A stretch of 32,193 bases of DNA, from IMG/VR virus record IMGVR_UViG_3300025848_000125, positions 1 through 32,193 of that record; one strand, written 5' to 3'. The DNA is from a virus. Its lineage: Duplodnaviria > Caudoviricetes. Below the pieces are notes generated by a model. That model searched no databases, was not told where the DNA came from, and saw only the letters and a list, made by a program, of their open reading frames with translations. Positions within the stretch are counted from its first letter, which is position 1. Each line of letters opens with the position of its first letter. Below are positions 8,091-14,960 of the stretch, piece after piece. A program made the translations under genes and the position numbers.

Positions 8091-8624
8091 GTGGGAAAGA
8101 ACCTTATCCTTGAGGTGCCTGTCCATATCGACATGATTGCACAAGCTCGCATCATGTCGGAGGAGATGGGCATCATCAAGAATTCCATCATGCAAGGAGG
8201 AGGAAACATCTATGGCTTTCTAGGTGAACTGCTTGTAGCAGAATACCTTAAGGTTCCGTTGAAGCATTCCTACGACTACGACATGGAACTGATCAATGGC
8301 CAGACAGTCGATGTAAAGACAAAATCCACCAACTGGACTCCAAAGCTGGAGTATGATTGCTCCATTGCTGCCTTCAACATCAAGCAGCGGTGTGATTACT
8401 ACTTCTTCTGTCGAGTCAAGAAGGACATGACTGTCGGATGGCTGCTCGGCTACATGCCAAAGAAGGAGTACTTCGACAAGGCAATGAAGATCAAGAAGGG
8501 GGACCTAGATCCTGCCAACAACTTCACTGCCAAAAGCGACATGTACAACATCAAGATTGATGCCTTGTACGAACCCGAAGCACTACTGAAAATAGTGCTT
8601 GACTCTAAAGCCAATAAGCTGTAG
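8091..8624 (+). CDS. putative PD-(D/E)xK restriction-endonuclease-fold protein
   Basis: GELLVAEYL...YDYD...VDVKTK pattern (E helix, D, DxK); GTG start after AAGGAAGG. Confidence 0.55.
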   Translation: MGKNLILEVPVHIDMIAQARIMSEEMGIIKNSIMQGGGNIYGFLGELLVAEYLKVPLKHSYDYDMELINGQTVDVKTKSTNWTPKLEYDCSIAAFNIKQRCDYYFFCRVKKDMTVGWLLGYMPKKEYFDKAMKIKKGDLDPANNFTAKSDMYNIKIDALYEPEALLKIVLDSKANKL

Positions 8625-8627
8625 AGT
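8599..8627 (+). promoter_or_regulatory. sigma70-like promoter upstream of ssb
   Basis: TTGACT-N17-TAGAGT with TG just 5' of the -10 box. Confidence 0.6.
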
Positions 8628-8700
8628 TCCAACCGCTCTACAACATCCAATGACGGATGTTGGGGCAATTATGTTTCAGAAGAGAAGAGGAGAGACTAAA

Positions 8701-9216
8701 ATGGCTGAGAAGAACAAGTACACGATCATTTCCGGCAAGGCTTACTGGGCTTCGCTAATCCAGCCCAACACCACGTTTGAGCCATGCTGGTCCATCGATG
8801 TCAGCCTTGACCAAGAGAACAAGAAGAAGGTCATGGCCGATGGTCTACAGGTCAAGAACAAGAACGATGATCGTGGCGACTTCATCACCATCAAGCGTAA
8901 GGTTACCAAGCGTGATGGCTCGACCCGCAATGCACCAGAGATCATCGATGCTGCCAAGAACCCTTGGGATGCTTCGCTGATCGGCAACGGTTCAGTCGTC
9001 AACGTCAAGTACCAGCCTTACGAGTACACCGTTCGTGGCAAGAAGGGTGTATCTGCTGACCTCATCAAGGTACAGGTAGTCAGCCTAGTGCCTTATGGTG
9101 GCGGCAAGGATGATGGCTTCGATGCAGTGGATGGTGGCTACACCGTGCCACCTGCCCACATGGCAGCGGCAGCCAACGGAAGCGAGCATGTGAAGGGCGA
9201 CGATATTCCCTTCTGA
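8701..9216 (+). CDS. ssb: single-stranded DNA-binding protein (gp2.5-like)
   Basis: ISGKAYWA, LIGNGSVVNV, acidic tail ending DDIPF; AGAGGAG RBS before ATG 8701. Confidence 0.9.
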   Translation: MAEKNKYTIISGKAYWASLIQPNTTFEPCWSIDVSLDQENKKKVMADGLQVKNKNDDRGDFITIKRKVTKRDGSTRNAPEIIDAAKNPWDASLIGNGSVVNVKYQPYEYTVRGKKGVSADLIKVQVVSLVPYGGGKDDGFDAVDGGYTVPPAHMAAAANGSEHVKGDDIPF

Positions 9217-9341
9217 TAAGACCAGAGTACAACACGCACGCGTGGGGCTACCGACATCAAATTGGGTAGCGTGTCAATGGGTGAGGAGTGGGACCATTGA
9301 TGATCTTCAATCAAGAGAGTAACAATAAAGGAGAAGCAATC

Positions 9342-9578
9342 TTGAGCAATGAACTTCGCGTACTAAAGGCTCTTCTTCGTCGTCGTCGTGTTACCCGCAA
9401 GACCGCAATCGAGATGGGTCTTTGCGAGAACCTGACGGCTACGATCTCCCGTCTTCGCAAGATGGGGATTGCGATCATGGCTGTTCGAGCCAAGACGCCA
9501 GAGGGAGAGACCTACACTCGCTACAAGCTTGAAGACAGTTCCTTCAAGCTAGCTACCTCTATGGCTAACGCAGCCTGA
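9342..9578 (+). CDS. winged helix-turn-helix DNA-binding protein
   Basis: RVLKALL...VTRKTAIE...LTATISRLRKMGIAI...YTRYKL; probable TTG start after AAAGGAG. Confidence 0.7.
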   Translation: MSNELRVLKALLRRRRVTRKTAIEMGLCENLTATISRLRKMGIAIMAVRAKTPEGETYTRYKLEDSSFKLATSMANAA

Positions 9579-9596
9579 TAGAAAGGCATTGCAGAG

Positions 9597-10460
9597 ATGA
9601 CTGCATCCAAGACCATCGACACTCTAGTCGAAGACATCTACAAGCTCTTCGATCCGGAGAAAGAGGTCAAGATCAGCGAAGAAGAACTAGAAGCCTTTGC
9701 CGATGGCATCAAGGCTGCGGTTGTCTCTGCTCTTACCCGCAAGAAGAAGCAAAGCTACCTTCGCCTGTCCATGATCGGAAAGCCAGACAGGCAGATCTGG
9801 AATGAACTCAACTCCATTCCGAAGGAGGAACTTTCTTCATCGTCCTACATCAAGTTCCTGTATGGCGACATCCTTGAGCAGCTTCTGATCTTCCTCTGCA
9901 AGACATCAGGACATGATGTCAGGGATCACCAGAAGGAGCTTGAGGTCAATGGTGTAGTAGGTCACCAAGACGCCACAATCGATGGAGTCATGATCGACTT
10001 CAAGTCGGCATCTCCACACGGCTTCCGCAAGTTCAAGGACAACACATTGGCTATGGATGATCCGTTTGGATACATTGGCCAGATCTCGTCCTACGCATTT
10101 GCAGCAGACACCGAAAGGGCTGGCTTCCTAGCCATCGAAAAGGTTTCCGGAGAGATCGCTCTCTGCGAGATCAACAAAGCCCATCGCATCGATCCGTCAG
10201 AGCGTATCGAATACCTAAAGAGGATGGTGTCCTCTCCGAATCCTCCACCAAAGTGCTACGATCCAGTACCAGATGGCAAGAGCGGCAACATGAAGCTTGC
10301 CACCGGCTGCCACTTCTGCGACTTCAAGAAGACATGCTGGGCCGATGCCAACAACGGTACTGGGCTTCGCGCATTCAACTACAGCAACGGCATTCGCTAC
10401 TTCACTGAAATCAACAAGACTCCTGATGTAGAAGAGTTGGATATCAGGAATGGCAACTAA
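9597..10460 (+). CDS. PD-(D/E)xK (Cas4/RecB-like) exonuclease
   Basis: LRLSMIG, GHQD...IDFKSAS, GYIGQISSY, C-terminal CHFCDFKKTC. Confidence 0.85.
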   Translation: MTASKTIDTLVEDIYKLFDPEKEVKISEEELEAFADGIKAAVVSALTRKKKQSYLRLSMIGKPDRQIWNELNSIPKEELSSSSYIKFLYGDILEQLLIFLCKTSGHDVRDHQKELEVNGVVGHQDATIDGVMIDFKSASPHGFRKFKDNTLAMDDPFGYIGQISSYAFAADTERAGFLAIEKVSGEIALCEINKAHRIDPSERIEYLKRMVSSPNPPPKCYDPVPDGKSGNMKLATGCHFCDFKKTCWADANNGTGLRAFNYSNGIRYFTEINKTPDVEELDIRNGN

Positions 10461-10899
10461 ACCTCGCAAGAAGAAGAAGGTTTATCGTAGCAAGCTTGAG
10501 GCAACCTTTGCCTACAAGCTGGAGGAGGGATGCATTGGGTTTTCTTACGAACCCTACAGCATCCCATACTCAGTTGTTGAAGAGCGAAAGTATTATCCAG
10601 ATTTCATCATACTTGCCAACGGCATTGTCATCGAGACAAAGGGGTACTTCAAGCCAGCAGACAGAAAGAAGCATCTGAGGATCAAGGAGCAGTATCCAGA
10701 CCTTGATATTCGATTTGTCTTTGGAAACAAGAAGAACAAGATCAACAAGAACTCAAAGACAACATACGAAGACTGGTGCAATAATCATGGCTTCAAGTGC
10801 TGTGATGGCAATGATACCAAAACAATAAGGGATTGGGCACACGAAGTAGGGAAGAGACAGCAGCATGAGCGAACAGAGCGAAAGAGAAAGCCTAAGTGA
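10450..10899 (+). CDS. endonuclease I / Holliday junction resolvase (T7 gp3-like)
   Basis: YRSKLE, YYPDF, IETKG, DRKKHL, DIRFVF, TTYEDWC. Confidence 0.93.
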   Translation: MATKPRKKKKVYRSKLEATFAYKLEEGCIGFSYEPYSIPYSVVEERKYYPDFIILANGIVIETKGYFKPADRKKHLRIKEQYPDLDIRFVFGNKKNKINKNSKTTYEDWCNNHGFKCCDGNDTKTIRDWAHEVGKRQQHERTERKRKPK

Positions 10900-11227
10900 T
10901 CTTGGGCAGGCTCTGAAGCTGGACTCTCACTCAGCGTCCCCTCCACAAGAGCTTGTCCTGTTTCGCACCGTCATCCTGCAAGCAATCCTTGACGCAACGA
11001 AACCTGCTACCCATAATGAACCAGAAGAAGAAGCATTGGCCCGAGAGCAGGCTATCTCTTGGTTCTTTGCATCAATTGGCGTAACCGCCCAAGATTTCAT
11101 GGATGTATGCGACATGGCTGGCCTTGATCCAAACTATGTCCGTACATTTGCACACAAGGTTCTTAGAACGAGGGAGATCAATTATGTCAGGAAGAGGATC
11201 AACACCGTACTCAACGGAAGTAAATAA
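10865..11227 (+). CDS. conserved-looking phage hypothetical protein
   Basis: LFRTVILQAILDA...AISWF...DFMDVCDMAGLDP pattern, which I recall from phage hypothetical proteins. Confidence 0.7.
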   Translation: MSEQSERESLSDLGQALKLDSHSASPPQELVLFRTVILQAILDATKPATHNEPEEEALAREQAISWFFASIGVTAQDFMDVCDMAGLDPNYVRTFAHKVLRTREINYVRKRINTVLNGSK

Positions 11228-11228
11228 G

Positions 11229-11597
11229 ATGCAGGACGAGAACCTTTTCTATCCGTCTACAAGCTATGATCCATTTACTGATCCACTGAATGTACCCAAT
11301 CGCAAACATCCGCAAATGTCCGTGATCGGATACAAGTTTGATGAGGAGCATTTGGTGAATGAACTGAAGCACTACATTGACTCCACCTACGATCAGCACT
11401 ACGCAAAAGGCAAGATCCAAGCCACCGAAGTAATTATCGATGGTGGTCACGGAGAAGGCTTCCTTGTAGGAAACATCGTGAAGTATGCCCTTCGATATGG
11501 AAAGAAGGACGGGTGGAATCGAAAGGACTTGCTTAAGATACTCCACTATGCGATCATACTTCTTTCGGTTCACGACAGGCGTCGCCCTACACCGTAA
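11229..11597 (+). CDS. DUF3310 / gp1.7-like nucleotide kinase family protein
   Basis: TYDQHY...GFLVGNIVKYALRYGKK...DLLKILHY. Confidence 0.75.
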   Translation: MQDENLFYPSTSYDPFTDPLNVPNRKHPQMSVIGYKFDEEHLVNELKHYIDSTYDQHYAKGKIQATEVIIDGGHGEGFLVGNIVKYALRYGKKDGWNRKDLLKILHYAIILLSVHDRRRPTP

Positions 11598-11616
11598 CCG
11601 AACTGATCTGAATAAT

Positions 11617-11665
11617 CCCGTTTGTGAGTAATGGCTGCCAAGCCCTTGTTCGCAAACGGGTTTTT
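11617..11665 (+). terminator. long hairpin with T-tract (intrinsic terminator or RNase III site)
   Basis: CCCGTTTGTGAG-TAA-T-GGCT[GCCA]AGCC-C-TTG-TTCGCAAACGGG followed by TTTTT. Confidence 0.7.
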
Positions 11666-11711
11666 CATCTTAGTGAATATGGACCTTTTGTGGATGGAGG
11701 AAGACGATACG

Positions 11712-13625
11712 ATGACCGAGAACAACCAATACCTGCCAACTGACTACCAGACATTCATTGCTCTTAGCCGGTATGCCCGATGGCTACCGGAGAAGAAGCG
11801 TCGAGAGACTTGGTCAGAAACCGTTGATCGGTACATTTCAAACGTAGTCGAGCGAGTGATCGAAGGACATCCAAAGGTTGTCAAGGATCTTCGATACAAG
11901 ATCATGAACCTTGATGTCATGCCATCGATGCGAATGATGATGACTGCCGGTCCTGCATTGGACAGGGACAATACTTGTGGCTACAACTGTTCCTATCTTG
12001 CTGTCGATGACATGAAGTCATTTGACGAGGCCATGTTCATCCTGCTCTGCGGGACTGGTGTAGGGTTCTCTGTCGAGGGTCATTACGTCTCCCAGCTTCC
12101 AGAAATTCCGGAGACACTGTTCCCATCCAAAGATGTCATCATGGTACATGACTCAAAGGAGGGATGGGCAAAGGCTCTTCGCAAGGTCATTGCCATGCTT
12201 TACAGCGGCGAGATCCCCAACTGGAACCTCACGAACATCCGTCCAGCCGGTGCTCGTCTGAAGACCTTTGGTGGCAGGGCTAGCGGTCCAGAACCACTCA
12301 ACCAGCTATTCAACTTCGTCACCGATACGTTCAAGAAGGCAGCAGGTCGCAAGCTATCATCACTCGAATGCCACGACATCATGTGCAAGATTGGCGATGT
12401 CGTTGTTGTTGGTGGCGTTCGGCGGTCTGCAATGATCTCGCTTTCCGATCTATGGGATGACCGTATGCGTCATGCCAAGAGCGGTAGCTGGTGGCAGAGC
12501 AACCCACAGCGCACACTAGCAAACAACTCTGCCGTGTATCTTGAGAAGCCAGACATCGAGACGTTCATGCGTGAATGGCTTTCTCTTGTCGAGAGCAAGA
12601 GCGGTGAGCGTGGCATCTTCGCTCGTTATGCCGCTCGCAAGCACATCGAAAAGAACGAGCGTCGTGATCCGCACCATCACTGGGGCACAAACCCATGTAG
12701 CGAAATCATCCTTCGCAACAACCAGTTCTGCAACCTGACTGAGGTCGTCATTCGTCCAGAAGACACGATGGAGTCTCTTACGGACAAGGTCGAGGCAGCC
12801 ACCATTCTAGGCACAATCCAGTCAACCTTTACAAACTTCCCGTATCTACGGAAGATCTGGAAGAACAACACTGAGGAGGAGAGGCTTCTCGGTGTCTCCC
12901 TCACTGGCATCATGGACAACAAGCTTACTCGCACCGGAGATGCAGCAATCCTGACCAAGCTCCGTCAGGTAGCCATCGACACCAACGAGAAGTGGTCCAA
13001 GAAGCTCGGTATTCCGATGTCGGCAGCAATCACCTGCGTGAAGCCTTCCGGCACTGTCAGCCAGCTTGTGGACGCAGCAAGCGGCATCCATGCCCGCCAT
13101 AGCAAGTACTACATCCGTACCGTTCGTGGTGACATCAAGGACCCACTGACACGGCTGATGATGGATGCTGGTGTCCCCAACGAACCGGAGATCTACCATC
13201 CAAACGATACCGTAGTCTTCTCGTTTCCGATGAAGTCTCCAGACAGTGCCGTTACACGTAACGACATGTCTGCAATCGAGCAGCTAGAGATCTGGAAGGC
13301 CTATGCACTGTCTTGGACAGAGCACAAGCCATCAGTCACGATCAGCGTTCGAGACAGTGAGTGGATGAAGGTAGGAGCTTGGGTCTATGACAACATGGAC
13401 ATCTGCTCCGGTATTTCCTTCCTTCCACACGACGATCATATCTACCAGCAGGCACCGTACCAAGACACTGACGAAGATGGCTACAAGGCTCTTCTGAAGG
13501 AGATGCCAACGTCAATTGACTGGTCAGCCCTAGCTCTCTACGAGCAGGAGGACAATACAAGTGGCAGCCAGACCTTCGCCTGTGCAGCGGGTGCTTGCGA
13601 AATCGTTGATCTGACAAAGAAGTAA
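11712..13625 (+). CDS. nrdJ: class II (adenosylcobalamin-dependent) ribonucleotide reductase
   Basis: GYNCSY, GGVRRSA, TNPCSEI, CNLTE, TCVKPSGT, C-terminal CAAGAC; no beta subunit nearby; GGAGG RBS before ATG 11712. Confidence 0.93.
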   Translation: MTENNQYLPTDYQTFIALSRYARWLPEKKRRETWSETVDRYISNVVERVIEGHPKVVKDLRYKIMNLDVMPSMRMMMTAGPALDRDNTCGYNCSYLAVDDMKSFDEAMFILLCGTGVGFSVEGHYVSQLPEIPETLFPSKDVIMVHDSKEGWAKALRKVIAMLYSGEIPNWNLTNIRPAGARLKTFGGRASGPEPLNQLFNFVTDTFKKAAGRKLSSLECHDIMCKIGDVVVVGGVRRSAMISLSDLWDDRMRHAKSGSWWQSNPQRTLANNSAVYLEKPDIETFMREWLSLVESKSGERGIFARYAARKHIEKNERRDPHHHWGTNPCSEIILRNNQFCNLTEVVIRPEDTMESLTDKVEAATILGTIQSTFTNFPYLRKIWKNNTEEERLLGVSLTGIMDNKLTRTGDAAILTKLRQVAIDTNEKWSKKLGIPMSAAITCVKPSGTVSQLVDAASGIHARHSKYYIRTVRGDIKDPLTRLMMDAGVPNEPEIYHPNDTVVFSFPMKSPDSAVTRNDMSAIEQLEIWKAYALSWTEHKPSVTISVRDSEWMKVGAWVYDNMDICSGISFLPHDDHIYQQAPYQDTDEDGYKALLKEMPTSIDWSALALYEQEDNTSGSQTFACAAGACEIVDLTKK

Positions 13626-13644
13626 TTCATTCAAGATGAAACCC

Positions 13645-13674
13645 CTTGACATTCAAGAAAAGGTTTCTTATATT
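13645..13674 (+). promoter_or_regulatory. promoter upstream of hsp20 (sigma70 and/or RpoH-like)
   Basis: TTGACA-N17-TATATT; also reads CTTG-N18-CTTATAT. Confidence 0.75.
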
Positions 13675-13701
13675 TGCCCCAACAGAGGAGGTACCCAACC
13701 T

Positions 13702-14139
13702 ATGGTTATCGATTTCCTAGACAACTTCTTCAAGGCCAATCATCTTGGTCTTCTGAACCAGACCTTTCCAAAGTACACCATCCTGCAAGGGGACAAGATC
13801 ATGGTCATGTCCTTTGCGGTAGCTGGCTACCAGAAGAGCGATCTTTCGGTGACCTACACTGACGATGGTGTTCTTACGATTGCCAGCCAGAATGGTGCTA
13901 CGAAGCCAGTAGGGGATCTGATGTCAGAGCCTCTGTTTGCCTACGGAAAGCTTGGCAAGTACAACCTTTATGGTTACGACAACATCCATACCAAGCCATT
14001 CAAGCTGAGCCTGTATGTTGGCGAGGACCTTGATGTAGAGGGTGCTGAGCTTAGGAATGGTATTCTTGAGGTAACCTTAAAGGTTATTCCCACTAGTGAG
14101 GAAGAGGATTCTCATACCACTAAGGTCGAGATCAAGTAA
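13702..14139 (+). CDS. small heat shock protein (Hsp20/IbpA-like)
   Basis: FPKYTI...FAVAGY...GVLTI...GAELRNGILEVTL...KVEIK; GAGGAGG RBS before ATG 13702. Confidence 0.85.
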   Translation: MVIDFLDNFFKANHLGLLNQTFPKYTILQGDKIMVMSFAVAGYQKSDLSVTYTDDGVLTIASQNGATKPVGDLMSEPLFAYGKLGKYNLYGYDNIHTKPFKLSLYVGEDLDVEGAELRNGILEVTLKVIPTSEEEDSHTTKVEIK

Positions 14140-14148
14140 CAGAATATC

Positions 14149-14919
14149 ATGTACATTCGCAAGCTTCCTACTGTGTACATCGGCTTCGACAAGAAAGAAG
14201 CCGTCTACTATGACGTACTAAGACAGACCATCATCAACAAATCAAAAAGCGTCTACAACATCGTACCAATTGTACAGGAGGAGGTTCGCAGGGCTGGAAT
14301 GTACTGGCGCGGTGTCTCTCTTTCAGAGGGGCATCGCCCAGTTGACATGTTCGATGGCAAGCCGTTCTCAACGGAGTTCAGCTTCACCCGCTTCCTTGTT
14401 CCATTCCTCAACCAAGGGAGCGGGCTTGCCCTCTTCATGGACTGCGACATGTTTGTCAGGTCCGACATCGGTGAACTGTTCGATACCTTTCCAGTCTCAT
14501 CGAAGGCACTAGGTTGCGTGAAGCACAAGTATGCACCGACTGAAACCATCAAGATGGATGGACAGGTTCAGACTGTGTATCCAAGAAAGAACTGGTCATC
14601 CCTCGTGATGTGGAACTGCGATCACAAGCAGCATCGTGAGTTCCTAACAGTTGGCGATGTCAATACAAAGTCTGGCAGTTGGCTTCATGGCTTCAACTGG
14701 CTTGACTCTGTCGATGAATACGTTCACGGATACAATGAGGAATGGAACTGGCTTGATGGTCATTCACCAGCAGCCATCGAAGCAAAATGTGTACACTTTA
14801 CAACTGGTGGTCCTGCCTACTCCAATTGGACCGGCAAGCGTCAGATCGATGCAAAGTACGCGGATGAGTGGCATAGGGAGCGTCTTGACTGTTCTATCTA
14901 TCCAAGTACGCTCTCTTGA
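14149..14919 (+). CDS. GT-A fold glycosyltransferase (GT8/CDI-like)
   Basis: VYIGFD, STEFSFTRFLVP, DxD motif FMDCDM, YPRKNWSS, WNWL, VHFTTGGP. Confidence 0.85.
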   Translation: MYIRKLPTVYIGFDKKEAVYYDVLRQTIINKSKSVYNIVPIVQEEVRRAGMYWRGVSLSEGHRPVDMFDGKPFSTEFSFTRFLVPFLNQGSGLALFMDCDMFVRSDIGELFDTFPVSSKALGCVKHKYAPTETIKMDGQVQTVYPRKNWSSLVMWNCDHKQHREFLTVGDVNTKSGSWLHGFNWLDSVDEYVHGYNEEWNWLDGHSPAAIEAKCVHFTTGGPAYSNWTGKRQIDAKYADEWHRERLDCSIYPSTLS

Positions 14920-14960
14920 TAATCAACTATATAAATAACAAGAAAAGGGAATACATAGGC

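Noticed and set aside
9597-10460. CRISPR-associated Cas4
   Set aside because: No repeat-spacer array or other cas genes; stand-alone Cas4-like exonucleases are usual in such replication modules.
11598-11711. Cobalamin riboswitch upstream of nrdJ
   Set aside because: The region is short and lacks recognisable B12-box elements; only a simple hairpin is present.
3711-13625. Inteins or introns in helicase, polymerase or RNR
   Set aside because: All are continuous and of compact, normal length with no recognisable splicing motifs.
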